Positions 48,561 through 57,918 of a stretch of DNA of 64,000 nucleotides are shown piece by piece. This DNA is from Candidatus Anderseniibacteriota bacterium. Lineage in GTDB: Bacteria > Patescibacteriota > Andersenbacteria > UBA10190. The position numbers and the translations under genes are program-made. The stretch covers positions 23,414-87,413 of the forward strand of contig JBBDOX010000016.1 of assembly GCA_040876835.1 (NCBI GenBank). Reading direction: 5' to 3'. The first letter of the stretch is position 1. Each line of letters starts with the position of its first letter. The notes under the pieces were generated by a model. The model was given only the letters and a program-made list of their open reading frames with translations, had not been told where the DNA came from and made no database searches.

Positions 48561-49526
48561 TTATTCAACTTCTTTTTCTGCGGTGGTGCGCTGCAGATAT
48601 TCGTCCCGCGCTTTCTTTACGTCTTCAATTGCCTTAGCGCCTAGGCCCGGGATGTCCTGAATCTGTTCTTCGGTAAGATCCATTACCTGCTCAACCGTAG
48701 TGATTCCAATGCGTTCCAGAGCGTTATGCACTCGTGATGGAAGTTGAAGAAGGTTCAGTGTGTTTTCTGGCATTTCTGGCTCTGGTTCAACGGAAGGCTC
48801 TTCCTCCGCCTGTGGTCGATGATCAGTTAAGGTTCCTTCCAGATCCCCGGTCAATTCTTCAAAGTGGTCACGGAGAATAGAGGCTGCCTGGCGCAGAGCG
48901 TCTTGAGGAGTGACTGTTCCGTCAGTTGTAATTGTCAGCTTTAAGCTGTGGTAATCAGTTGCTTGCCCGACACGAACATTTTCCACTGAGAAGCTAACGC
49001 GTTCAACGGGAGTAAATACCGCATCTAGAGCAACAGTGCCGATTGGTCGTTCCTTAGCGTTGTGCGTTTCGGAAGGAACATACCCTCGCCCCTGCTCAAC
49101 GGTGCAGATAATTTCCAACTTGGCATTCGCATCCGTTAAGGTTGCGACATGATGTTCGGGGTTAGCAACTGTAACTTCCGGGGGCGTATCAAAGTCACCA
49201 GCTGTCGCCGCTTTTTTCCCGGAGACTGTCATACGAATTTCAACTGGGTCCTCGCTTGTTGAAGAAATTTTTACTGCTTTCAGGTTAAGCATAATTGTCA
49301 CTAGGTCTTCCTTTACGCCCGGGAGAGTGGAAAATTCATGATTGGCTGTATCAATTTTCATCTCAGTAATAGCGGCTCCTGGTAGAGAAGACAGCAGCAC
49401 GCGTCGTAGGGCGTTGCCTACGGTTGGTCCGTAACCGGGATGATATGGTTGAATCGTAAAGGTGGCTGTGTTAGCCTCCGACTCTTCAGCGGAGATATTC
49501 TCCGGTAGATAAATTGGTTGTAGCAT
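48561..49526 (-). CDS. rpoA: DNA-directed RNA polymerase subunit alpha
   Basis: 321 aa with an N-terminal dimerisation domain and an alpha-CTD (helix-hairpin-helix region LLQLPSRVHNALERIGITTVEQ). Confidence 0.9.
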   Translation of the reverse strand: MLQPIYLPENISAEESEANTATFTIQPYHPGYGPTVGNALRRVLLSSLPGAAITEMKIDTANHEFSTLPGVKEDLVTIMLNLKAVKISSTSEDPVEIRMTVSGKKAATAGDFDTPPEVTVANPEHHVATLTDANAKLEIICTVEQGRGYVPSETHNAKERPIGTVALDAVFTPVERVSFSVENVRVGQATDYHSLKLTITTDGTVTPQDALRQAASILRDHFEELTGDLEGTLTDHRPQAEEEPSVEPEPEMPENTLNLLQLPSRVHNALERIGITTVEQVMDLTEEQIQDIPGLGAKAIEDVKKARDEYLQRTTAEKEVE

Positions 49527-49557
49527 AGTTCGTGAGTTACCAATGAATAATTAATTA

Positions 49558-50160
49558 TTATCTTGCGAAAAACTCGACGATTGCCCGGATGTCGATTCCC
49601 AGGTTTGCCTCTTCGGCGGTGGGCAGGCTCGTCACTTTAAAACTGAATGCCTCTGGGGTCAATTCAACCCATGAAGGGACGCGGGCATTCTGAACTCGCT
49701 TTTCGAAATTCGTGAAGTACTGAGATTTTTGCTTACCTTCCCGGACAGTGACTACGTCTCCGGGCCGAAGCAAGTATGACGGAATGTCGGTGGATCGGCC
49801 ATTAACTTGAAAGAACTTGTGGGAAGTCATCTGGCGCGCCTGTTTGCGAGTCTGGGCAAATCCGGCCCGGAAGATAGCGTTATCTAGACGTCGTTCTAGA
49901 ATAGTGATGAGAATATCGCCTGTTTGTCCGCCAGCGCGCTTTGCCTCGCGGTAGTACTTACGGAGCTGCTCTTCTCGGATCCCGAAAGTTTCTTTCAGGT
50001 CCTGTTTTTCCTGTAGTTGCGTGCCGTATTGACTCTTACGTCGAGGGCGCTTGCCTGGGTTGCGTGACTGTCCTCGCCCGCCTGGACCACCTGGCTGGGC
50101 CCCTGGGGCCGCCCCGGAAGCTGTTTTTACTGGTTCTTTGGTTGGTGCTGCGTCATTCAT
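49558..50160 (-). CDS. rpsD: 30S ribosomal protein S4
   Basis: 200 aa with an S4 RNA-binding domain (RRLDNAIFRAGFA.). Confidence 0.9.
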   Translation of the reverse strand: MNDAAPTKEPVKTASGAAPGAQPGGPGGRGQSRNPGKRPRRKSQYGTQLQEKQDLKETFGIREEQLRKYYREAKRAGGQTGDILITILERRLDNAIFRAGFAQTRKQARQMTSHKFFQVNGRSTDIPSYLLRPGDVVTVREGKQKSQYFTNFEKRVQNARVPSWVELTPEAFSFKVTSLPTAEEANLGIDIRAIVEFFAR

Positions 50161-50177
50161 AAGTATATGCGGTTAGA

Positions 50178-50570
50178 TTAGACGCGTCGGCGCTTAGGCG
50201 GACGGACGCCGTTATGAGGGATGGGGGTAATATCGCGAAGAGAGGTAATTTGCAGACCACTGGCGCTAAATGCCCGCACAGCTGACTCGCGAGCGCTTCC
50301 AATACCACGCACAACAATTCCTGCTTCTTCCATACCAAAAGGCTTTAGTCGCTCCATGATATCAGCTACAGCCTGTTGGGCAGCAAATGGCGTGGCCTTG
50401 CGAGCTCCCGCAAACCCGACCCGACCAGCGCTGCTGGTAACCAGAACACTTCCAGTTGCATCAGTTATAGTGATCAACGTGTTGTTGTAGGTGGATTGAA
50501 TAAAGATCATCCCCTGCTTAACCTTGCGTCGGGCTTTGGTCTTCTTCTTAGTTTTTGTTGCGGTTGCCAT
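50178..50570 (-). CDS. rpsK: 30S ribosomal protein S11
   Basis: 130 aa with the S11 signature. Confidence 0.9.
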   Translation of the reverse strand: MATATKTKKKTKARRKVKQGMIFIQSTYNNTLITITDATGSVLVTSSAGRVGFAGARKATPFAAQQAVADIMERLKPFGMEEAGIVVRGIGSARESAVRAFSASGLQITSLRDITPIPHNGVRPPKRRRV

Positions 50571-50588
50571 AAAACAATATAATCAAAA

Positions 50589-50981
50589 TTAGGTCTTTTC
50601 GGCAGCTGCCTTCTTTCCGCTGCCGGCAGTTTTGCGGACGTTCCCACGCACAGTACGGTTGTTTGTCTTGGTTCGCTGGCCGCGAACAGGTAGGCCCTTA
50701 CTGTGGCGCAATCCACGATAGCTGCCGATATCCTTGTATCGCTTAATATTCATCGCTACATCGCGACGCAATTCTCCTTCTACCTTGACATTTTTTTCAA
50801 TATATTCACGCAGTTTCTGTTCCTCGCCTGAGGTAAGTTCAAACGTCTTGGTGTTAGGATTAATACCAAGGTGGGTTAGTGCCTTATTACTCGCAGCTCG
50901 TCCAATTCCGTAAATATACGTAAGGGCGATCTCGATGCGTTTTTTGTCTGGGAGAGTAACTCCACTAATACGTACTGGCAT
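50589..50981 (-). CDS. rpsM: 30S ribosomal protein S13
   Basis: 130 aa with the S13 signature and a basic C-terminus. Confidence 0.9.
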   Translation of the reverse strand: MPVRISGVTLPDKKRIEIALTYIYGIGRAASNKALTHLGINPNTKTFELTSGEEQKLREYIEKNVKVEGELRRDVAMNIKRYKDIGSYRGLRHSKGLPVRGQRTKTNNRTVRGNVRKTAGSGKKAAAEKT

Positions 50982-50984
50982 AGG

Positions 50985-51098
50985 TTATCCTTGTCGTTGC
51001 TTATGTTTCGGATTTTCGCAAATAACGAACACTCGTCCCCTGCGGCGCACGGTTTTGCATTTAGCACACATCTTTTTTACTGAAGATCGAACTTTCAT
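50985..51098 (-). CDS. rpmJ: 50S ribosomal protein L36
   Basis: This gene is absent from the ORF track. The minus strand encodes [37 protein letters not shown] (37 aa), the canonical L36 zinc ribbon. The stop lies 3 nt before the rpsM start. Confidence 0.85.
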   Translation of the reverse strand: MKVRSSVKKMCAKCKTVRRRGRVFVICENPKHKQRQG

Positions 51099-51103
51099 GA
51101 GTG

Positions 51104-51319
51104 TTAGAGTCGATGAGTTATTCGTCCTTTGGTCAGGTCGTAGGGAGACATTGCCACCTTCACGCGATCACCCGGCATAACTCGAATTCTGTGAACTCTC
51201 ATTTTGCCAGATAAATGGCCGATAATTTCCTGTCCGGTATCGAGCTGAATTCGAAACTGTGTATTAGGAAGCGTTTCGGTAATTTCACCCTCCACCTCTA
51301 CGACATCTTGTTTACCCAA
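51104..51319 (-). CDS. infA: translation initiation factor IF-1
   Basis: 71 aa with an S1-like OB fold. It sits at the head of the infA-rpmJ-rpsM-rpsK-rpsD-rpoA-rplQ block. Confidence 0.9.
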   Translation of the reverse strand: MGKQDVVEVEGEITETLPNTQFRIQLDTGQEIIGHLSGKMRVHRIRVMPGDRVKVAMSPYDLTKGRITHRL

Positions 51320-51432
51320 AGCTGTGACTTAAAAAAGTTAACCCCGCTTTTCGCAAGAAGGGCCCATAACGACAAAAAATCTTCTGTCGATTGTATGTAT
51401 CAGCCCAAAATCGTGCGAAACGGATGTGTTAA

Positions 51433-51461
51433 AGGATACGGCGCAAGCCGAAAAATGTCAA
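51433..51461 (-). promoter_or_regulatory. sigma-70-type promoter upstream of infA (TTGACA-N17-TATCCT)
   Basis: On the minus strand TTGACA, a 17-nt spacer TTTTTCGGCTTGCGCCG, then TATCCT. The element sits about 110 nt upstream of the infA ATG. Confidence 0.4.
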
Positions 51462-51481
51462 ACGTAAACCCCCTGGAAGCG

Positions 51482-52909
51482 CTAGATATTAGTATTTGAG
51501 GAGACTTCCAGCTCTACTCGTTGATCAATTCGGGGAATGCTTCGCACCCAGAAAGGCCATAAATCGATAGAAGCAGACTCCACTCCACGCAAGCCCTGTA
51601 AGTATCCTTCAGCCTCGTCCTGCGGCCTGCCAGCAAGCTTTTCCTTGAGGGTGTCCAGGGAGAAATTAGGAACAGTCGTGTGCGTTACCCGAACCGTGAG
51701 GTTCCCCTCTCCTTTATCCCAGTCGATACTATCAACAGATTTGGTGAATGAGATGGGTCCGGGAAACAGCATGTAGTCTTCATCAAGGCGAGATTCAAGG
51801 GCTGCTTGCAGGCGTTCTTTTAGAACGGCTTCCTCATAGGCCATAACCCGCACGTTCATCGTACCGTCGTATGCGACGGCATCAATTTGTTGGCCGACTG
51901 CAGCACTAGTGTTAAACTGCGCCGCCTCGGCACTCCAGCTTTCCTCCAGGATAACCCAGCCCTTCGGCAGCTGGCGGCGAATTTCTTCTTCCGCTTTTTG
52001 TCTGGCGGCGGCCCCAGCTGCTTCCCGTGCCTGCCCAAGGTCACTTTCCTGAACGACTAACACTTTATCGCCACTGCCACCGGTAATTGGCCGGTTAACT
52101 TCGGCATATAATACACTGGCGGCTGAAGCGTCGAGAGCAGCAAAAGTCAGCCGTCCGGATTCAATATTTCCTTGAGGGCCGGGTTCAGCTGCTTCTACCT
52201 CAACCGTTGCCGTACTGTTAGGCTGTAGGATTGCATGCTTTTGCATTAAGAACAGAACGCCGTCCTTTGTAATCAGTCGGCTCTGTTCCCTGATTGGCTG
52301 CTCCTGGGATGTCTGATTGACCAGCGTGACTACCCCTGATGCTTTTTCACCAACCACCTGCGAGCTGATGACGGGGTTGGTACCGTTAACGGTAATGTCC
52401 TGCTCAAATGAAGTTCCGGGGATAACATTTGGATCAGCGGTAGTGCGGTTAGATAACACAAGTTGTTGATCAACCAGCAAGGGAGCAGTCTGTAGCGTTA
52501 AGGCAATGGTAGCTTTGGGCAGAAAGATTGTTGCTGCTAGTCCCAAGAGTAAAAGCACCAGTAATCCGAACACCGCCATGATCTGGCGCTCCTTATGACC
52601 GAGTCGAGCGGAAGTTTTTTTAGATGAGGCAATCGCAAACAGCGGCGGCTTATCCTGCGCAGGTGCAGAAAGGTCTTGGCTTCTTGCTTTGTGTCTTGTA
52701 GCTGCCTGCTGTCGCGGAACATGGACACTGGCTACGGGAACTTTCGATCCGCTGAAGCGGGACTTCTTGATTACCGGCGATTTTTTCGGACGATGCTTTT
52801 CATACAGCTTCCGAGCCTCCGGTGGTAACTCCTCTGGAATGGGTTCTTCTCGATGATTTTCTCGTCTATTTGACCGGATATCGCGCATGCGTCTTAGTGT
52901 AAGGTGCAA
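51482..52909 (-). CDS. hypothetical membrane-anchored protein (basic cytoplasmic N-terminus, one transmembrane helix, large extracytoplasmic domain)
   Basis: 475 aa with no recognised family. Confidence 0.45.
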   Translation of the reverse strand: MHLTLRRMRDIRSNRRENHREEPIPEELPPEARKLYEKHRPKKSPVIKKSRFSGSKVPVASVHVPRQQAATRHKARSQDLSAPAQDKPPLFAIASSKKTSARLGHKERQIMAVFGLLVLLLLGLAATIFLPKATIALTLQTAPLLVDQQLVLSNRTTADPNVIPGTSFEQDITVNGTNPVISSQVVGEKASGVVTLVNQTSQEQPIREQSRLITKDGVLFLMQKHAILQPNSTATVEVEAAEPGPQGNIESGRLTFAALDASAASVLYAEVNRPITGGSGDKVLVVQESDLGQAREAAGAAARQKAEEEIRRQLPKGWVILEESWSAEAAQFNTSAAVGQQIDAVAYDGTMNVRVMAYEEAVLKERLQAALESRLDEDYMLFPGPISFTKSVDSIDWDKGEGNLTVRVTHTTVPNFSLDTLKEKLAGRPQDEAEGYLQGLRGVESASIDLWPFWVRSIPRIDQRVELEVSSNTNI

Positions 52910-52916
52910 ACCCTCC

Positions 52917-54695
52917 TTAGTCTAATACGGCCTTAATTCGCCGCACTCCCGCTCCAGCTGATTCTTCCTTAATAATTTTGAAATGTCCCAGCTCCCCGGT
53001 GCGCTTAACGTGAGGGCCGCCACAGATTTCGCAGGAGAAATTACCCATAGTATAGACGTTCACTTTTTCGCCGTACTTGTGCTCGAATAACCCTAAAGCT
53101 CCCTTGGCTTTTGCCTCCTCAACAGTTAGCTCTTCCCGCACAACAGGCATATCTTCGCTGATCTTCAGGTTCACGAGTTCCTCTACCCCCTTAATTTGCT
53201 CAGGCGTCATTTTGTCAGGATGGGAAAAATCAAATCGCAGACGTTCGGGAGTAATATTGCTTCCCTTCTGAAACACATGTGTCCCGAGTACAGTACGCAG
53301 CGCCTGGTGAAGTAGGTGGGTGGCCGTGTGATAATGTACCGACTGTGTTGAGTGATCGGCGAGACCTCCTTTGAATTTTTGCTCAGCTCCAGCTCGGGAT
53401 TTTTCCTGGTGAGCCTGTAGGGCTGCTTCAAAACCGCTCATGTCAATTCCCAGGCCATGTTCGCCCGCCAGTTCTTCTGTTAGCTCCAGCGGAAAACCAA
53501 AGGATTCATATAAACGAAATACATCTAATCCTGCCAGCACATCCCCTTTGAGTTTACCCGCCATGACCTTATCAAGCTCTCTTAAACCACGCGTTAGCGC
53601 TACTTCAAATTTCTCTATCTCTTTTTGTAGTTCGGTGTGAATTGTCTGCTGGTGCTTTGCGAGTGAAGGATAGATATCTCCATACTGATCAACCATAATT
53701 GCTACTCCTTCACGCAGGAGACCTGCTGTATTTTCTACACCCAGAACGCGACATGATCGGACAGCACGACGGATAACACGGCGGAGAACATATCCTTGAT
53801 CGGTGTTAGATGGCAGGATAGGGTGCTCATCTCCTAGCAGAAATGTCGCGGCCTTCACGTGATCAGCCACAATTCGTATATGCCGTTCATTGTGGTTAGC
53901 TGATTTACTGCTAATCAGGTGCATGAGGCCCTGAAACGAATCTATTTCATATATAGAGGTATAGCCGTTCAATACCATAACTGTTCGTTCTAATCCCATA
54001 CCAGTATCCACATTTTGCTGCGGCAAGGGTTTGTATTCGCCATCAGCTGTTAAATCAAACTGCATGAAGACGTCATTCCAGATTTCCACCCAGCGACTAT
54101 CCTCCGGATTGAATTCCCGAGGGGGTGTTTCTTTGCCCGTCCAGTAAAACATTTCAGTATCAGGACCTTGAGGGCCCGGCTGTCCTCCACCAGCCGGCCA
54201 CCAGTTTTCTTCCTTCGACAGATACGCAATTCTGGCTTCCGGCATGCCAACTTCACGCCACAGTCGGGCGGATTCTTCATCTCTTGGAGCATCGGTATCT
54301 CCAGCAAAGACGCTGACAGCGAGATACCGAGGATCAAGCTCCAGCCACTCTTTGGATGTTAGAAATTCCCAACTCCACCGGATGGCGTCTTCCTTAAAGT
54401 AATCACCGAGTGACCAGTTTCCCAACATTTCAAACACCGTGGCATGAGTGGCATCGCCCACTTCATCAATATCAGTGGTACGTAAGCATTTTTGCGTATC
54501 GGTTAATCGTTTTCCGGCCGGATGCGCTTCCCCTTTTAGATATGGGACGAGTGGGTGCATTCCGGCGGTAGTAAACAATACAGACGGATCATTCTCTGGC
54601 ACCAATGGAGCCGAAGGGATACGAGCGTGACCCTTGCTTTCAAAGAATGAAAGATACAGTTCGCGTAATTGGTGTATTCCAACTGTCTTTGGCAT
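52917..54695 (-). CDS. alaS: alanine--tRNA ligase, C-terminally truncated form (no C-Ala domain)
   Basis: The start was moved to MPKTVGIHQLRELYLSFF. The protein has a class II core, an editing domain with HxxxH (TATHLLHQAL) and the CGGPHV motif, and ends at about 590 aa. Confidence 0.85.
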   Translation of the reverse strand: MPKTVGIHQLRELYLSFFESKGHARIPSAPLVPENDPSVLFTTAGMHPLVPYLKGEAHPAGKRLTDTQKCLRTTDIDEVGDATHATVFEMLGNWSLGDYFKEDAIRWSWEFLTSKEWLELDPRYLAVSVFAGDTDAPRDEESARLWREVGMPEARIAYLSKEENWWPAGGGQPGPQGPDTEMFYWTGKETPPREFNPEDSRWVEIWNDVFMQFDLTADGEYKPLPQQNVDTGMGLERTVMVLNGYTSIYEIDSFQGLMHLISSKSANHNERHIRIVADHVKAATFLLGDEHPILPSNTDQGYVLRRVIRRAVRSCRVLGVENTAGLLREGVAIMVDQYGDIYPSLAKHQQTIHTELQKEIEKFEVALTRGLRELDKVMAGKLKGDVLAGLDVFRLYESFGFPLELTEELAGEHGLGIDMSGFEAALQAHQEKSRAGAEQKFKGGLADHSTQSVHYHTATHLLHQALRTVLGTHVFQKGSNITPERLRFDFSHPDKMTPEQIKGVEELVNLKISEDMPVVREELTVEEAKAKGALGLFEHKYGEKVNVYTMGNFSCEICGGPHVKRTGELGHFKIIKEESAGAGVRRIKAVLD

Positions 54696-54734
54696 GAAAA
54701 TACTATGACGCACAGGGCAGTAACTCGCAAGCAT

Positions 54735-54762
54735 CAAAAAAAGAACGGCCACGTTTGACCGC
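54735..54762 (-). terminator. rho-independent terminator downstream of the 97-aa GC-rich ORF
   Basis: On the minus strand CGGTCA, loop AACG, TGGCCG (one G-U pair), then TTCTTTTTTT. Confidence 0.5.
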
Positions 54763-54779
54763 TGGGGGGGGAGGAGGCT

Positions 54780-55073
54780 CTAGTCCTCTCGAGTCAGAGT
54801 AATGTTAGCTACTCGGCAGAGGTTCTCCAGGCTGGTGCGATCTCGCTCCAGCTGCTGAATGTTTGCGAGGGCTACTTCTTCCGCCCGATGAAGCGACGCT
54901 CTTTCGTTGGTCACCTCTTCCTCGAGGAAGAGGTAGATGTGGCCAAGATCCACACAGGCCTGACTGACGGCTGGATCAGCCCTTCCTATGCGTCGCAGAA
55001 GGTCCAAAGTCCGCTCCGTCCTCGCCAGGTGAGCTTCAAGCGTTTTGATCCGACTCTGAACATCTAAAGACAT
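54780..55073 (-). CDS. hypothetical 97-aa protein, GC3-rich, predicted helical
   Basis: Coding-like G/C-ending codons with its own terminator. No family recognised. Confidence 0.4.
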   Translation of the reverse strand: MSLDVQSRIKTLEAHLARTERTLDLLRRIGRADPAVSQACVDLGHIYLFLEEEVTNERASLHRAEEVALANIQQLERDRTSLENLCRVANITLTRED

Positions 55074-55187
55074 GGAAGTCTCCCTGTAAACCAGGACGAA
55101 GGTATTCCCAGGCTCCTTTTCAGCCTACCAATCGTCTATATAGAGCGCAACAAGTGAAGGCGACAAGATGCCGTCGAGGGCCAATCC

Positions 55188-55904
55188 CTAGAAGTACTTT
55201 CGTTCCTTGGACTCCTTAAGGATTTCAAATGCTTCTTCAGCAGTATCGACGATGGTATACAGGTCAACATCCTCGGGGTTGATAGCCTCCAGGTCCTCGA
55301 CTAAGTTAGTGCGAATCCACTCATGGAGTGGGTTCCAAAATGGTTTGCCGACACAGACGATGGGCACCGACTCCATTTTCTTTGTTTGAATAAGGGTGAC
55401 CATTTCAAAAAATTCGTCCATGGTGCCAAACCCGCCCGGGAAGAAGACGTACGCCTGGGCTGAGGCTGACAGCATCACCTTGCGGGTGAAGAAATAATGA
55501 AATCCGATTCCGCGCTTCACGTATGCATTCCGACGCTGCTCTTGAGGCAGCTGAATATCTAATCCGACAGACTCACCACCACCTTCATACGCTCCGCGGT
55601 TGCCGGCTTCCATAATTCCTGGTCCACCACCGGTAATGACCGTAAATCCGTTTTCAGCCAAAATCCGACCCAGTTTCCGCGCTTCTTCATACCACCTGCT
55701 GCCGGCAGGAAAACGGGCCGAGCCGAAGAATGTAATCTCTTTGCGTAGCGGGTATAGAAATTCAAATCCCTCGATAAATTCCGACATAATCCGGAAGATA
55801 CGCCAGTTAGCATTATCCTCGAAGTCAAAGGGCTTATCGAGCGGAATATGTTTATCTTTTTCGTCGTATCGCATGTGAAGGATATTACTAATACAAAGTT
55901 TCAA
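55188..55904 (-). CDS. LOG-family / TIGR00730 Rossmann-fold nucleotide-binding protein (cytokinin riboside 5-prime-monophosphate phosphoribohydrolase-like)
   Basis: 238 aa with the motifs GGGPGIMEA and PGGFGTMDE. An alternative start lies at the Met at position 11. Confidence 0.75.
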   Translation of the reverse strand: MKLCISNILHMRYDEKDKHIPLDKPFDFEDNANWRIFRIMSEFIEGFEFLYPLRKEITFFGSARFPAGSRWYEEARKLGRILAENGFTVITGGGPGIMEAGNRGAYEGGGESVGLDIQLPQEQRRNAYVKRGIGFHYFFTRKVMLSASAQAYVFFPGGFGTMDEFFEMVTLIQTKKMESVPIVCVGKPFWNPLHEWIRTNLVEDLEAINPEDVDLYTIVDTAEEAFEILKESKERKYF

Positions 55905-56074
55905 GAGTGCTCCTTATTATATCAGAGTTGAGCAGACGCTGAAACGAAGGATTTCGAGTATATGAAAAGCCCACTGACTTCGTAAAGTGGAGTAAGGTGA
56001 AATACTGATAAGACATGATCTTAGCAGGTATCATACTCATGAATGAACTATTGCTAAGCGTAGAGATGTCTCTC

Positions 56075-56118
56075 ACACCAACGCAATACTCTGCGTTGGT
56101 GTGATGCTTTGTTTATTA
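56075..56118 (+). terminator. strong plus-strand hairpin with a U-rich tail (orphan terminator)
   Basis: A perfect 12-bp stem CACACCAACGCA, loop ATACTC, TGCGTTGGTGTG, followed by ATGCTTTGTTTATT. No annotated plus-strand gene lies upstream. Confidence 0.45.
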
Positions 56119-57915
56119 TAACGTCGGCGGTCGCGGACCGGAAAAAGCTGGTTGGCTGGAGGCAGGCTTCTCCAGACGAATTTTATTAGGTTCAACAGGC
56201 TTAGGCTTCTCCCCGACATCCTTTTTTTTCTCCTCTTTTATGATCGCAAAACAGTCTTTGCAGTACACAGGCTTTTCTGGATCAGGCTCGAACGGTACAT
56301 CTCCAGGCTTACCACAGCGATCACAGATAATGGAAAAAGCCTTACTCTCCTTCTTCTCTTTCTTTTCAACGTGGGGTTGGGAGCTGGGCGAGAAAGTTTT
56401 TTTCTGACCTCCTTTGGATGAAGAGACGCCTCCCAGAGCAGCGGCCAGGTCAGTGATGATTTCCTGTTTGGCAGGAGCAATAACGATGTTTTCAAGTTTG
56501 TCCGGTGGCGGAGTGCTGGGTTTTGCAGCTGGCGGTCGACGCGTGTCATCGCGGCGTCGACTCTGTTCACGAGGCGGGCGGTCTTCTTGTTCACTGAAAC
56601 TGCCTCTGCGTTCTACCCCTTCGGCCTTCCCGGTCTCTTCGTGGGCCACTCCACTCCAGCGGGCAATTTTCTCTTCCACTATTTCGCGTTTCCGACCATA
56701 GCGCTCGCGGGAAACTTTAACAACCCTTTCCGTACTATTATACGTTTCTGCCGCTGGTGGGATTGTCTGCATGCTGAACGGTGCGCTAGTAACCCCATCA
56801 ATCATGAGTTTCACGTAGGCATTAAATTTATCCAGGTTCACCAAATCAGTTTGAGTAAACTCAGGAGCGAATTCTTTTTCCAGATATTCGGCGTCAAAAG
56901 CACCGATACGGAAAGTAATGAGGGTGCCGACGTTTCCGAATACCGCATCCCGGACAGGCTCTTCCATCTGCGTAATATACTGATGAGCAATTATAAGGTT
57001 GAGGCGGTATTTGCGAGCCTCAGATAAAATAGCGGCAAATGATTCAGTGGCAAAGTTTTGGAACTCATCGACGTATAGGTAAAAATCCCGGCGCTCCTCT
57101 TCCTTAATCTTGGCTCGGTCCATCGCAGCTAGCTGGATTTTAGTGATCAACATCGCTCCCAGAAGAGCTGAGTTATCCTCACCGATTCGTCCTTTCGAAA
57201 CGTTAATCAATAGGATCTTCCCGTTATCCATAATATCCTTCATGTCGATCGTGCTTTTAGGCTGGGCCACAATGTTTCGGATAATGGAAGAGGATAGGAA
57301 CTGACCAACCTTGTTCTGAATCGGAGAAATTGCCTCAGACCGGAAGCGTTCATTGTAGTTAGCAAATTCGTTAACCCAGAAGGATTTCACGACCGGATCT
57401 GAAATACTGTCCACTACTTTTTTGCGGTAGGACTTTTCCGCTAGCATACGGGTGATGCCAAGCATGGTGCTGCCTGGATAATCCAAAAGAGCAAGGATTG
57501 TGTTCCGTAAAATATATTCCAGTCGTGGTCCCCAGGAATCCGCCCACATCTTCTTAAGAGCCGATACCAGACCAGAGGCTACCAGGTACTTGTATTCCGG
57601 ATCGATTGCTTCCAGTACGTTAAAGGCTACCGGGTGGTTTACATCCGCCGGATCGAAATACACCACGTCATTAATTCGCTCCGGCGGAATTAAATCAAGC
57701 AGGTGTTCGGCCACGTCGCCGTGCGGGTCCACTAAGGCTAAGCCTTTTCCATTTTTGATATCCTGAACGATCATGTTTTCGATCAAGGTTGTTTTACCTA
57801 CACCGGTTTTTCCAATCAGGTACACATGGCGACGACGGTCATCGGGATATATTCCAAATGGCCGGTGCTGGCCCCGGAAGTTTGTCTGTCCTACAACTGT
57901 TATCTCTTTAGGCAT
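56116..57915 (-). CDS. soluble VirD4/TraD/TrwB-like type IV coupling-protein-family P-loop ATPase with a C-terminal FmdB-like zinc ribbon
   Basis: 599 aa with Walker A HVYLIGKTGVGKTT near the N-terminus and Walker B LYVDEFQNF. The RKYRLNLIIAHQYITQM block resembles the T4CP pattern R..G..L.L..QS..QL. The C-terminus has CDRCG.x17.CKDC. There are no N-terminal transmembrane helices. Confidence 0.55.
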   Translation of the reverse strand: MPKEITVVGQTNFRGQHRPFGIYPDDRRRHVYLIGKTGVGKTTLIENMIVQDIKNGKGLALVDPHGDVAEHLLDLIPPERINDVVYFDPADVNHPVAFNVLEAIDPEYKYLVASGLVSALKKMWADSWGPRLEYILRNTILALLDYPGSTMLGITRMLAEKSYRKKVVDSISDPVVKSFWVNEFANYNERFRSEAISPIQNKVGQFLSSSIIRNIVAQPKSTIDMKDIMDNGKILLINVSKGRIGEDNSALLGAMLITKIQLAAMDRAKIKEEERRDFYLYVDEFQNFATESFAAILSEARKYRLNLIIAHQYITQMEEPVRDAVFGNVGTLITFRIGAFDAEYLEKEFAPEFTQTDLVNLDKFNAYVKLMIDGVTSAPFSMQTIPPAAETYNSTERVVKVSRERYGRKREIVEEKIARWSGVAHEETGKAEGVERRGSFSEQEDRPPREQSRRRDDTRRPPAAKPSTPPPDKLENIVIAPAKQEIITDLAAALGGVSSSKGGQKKTFSPSSQPHVEKKEKKESKAFSIICDRCGKPGDVPFEPDPEKPVYCKDCFAIIKEEKKKDVGEKPKPVEPNKIRLEKPASSQPAFSGPRPPTL

Positions 57916-57918
57916 GCG

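Noticed and set aside
47951-48637. 228-aa plus-strand ORF spanning rplM and rplQ on the opposite strand
   Set aside because: It overlaps two highly conserved ribosomal protein genes and is an antisense artefact.
54696-54752. 19-aa N-terminal extension of alaS in the ORF track
   Set aside because: It overlaps the upstream terminator. The canonical AlaS N-terminus begins at MPKTVGIHQLRE.
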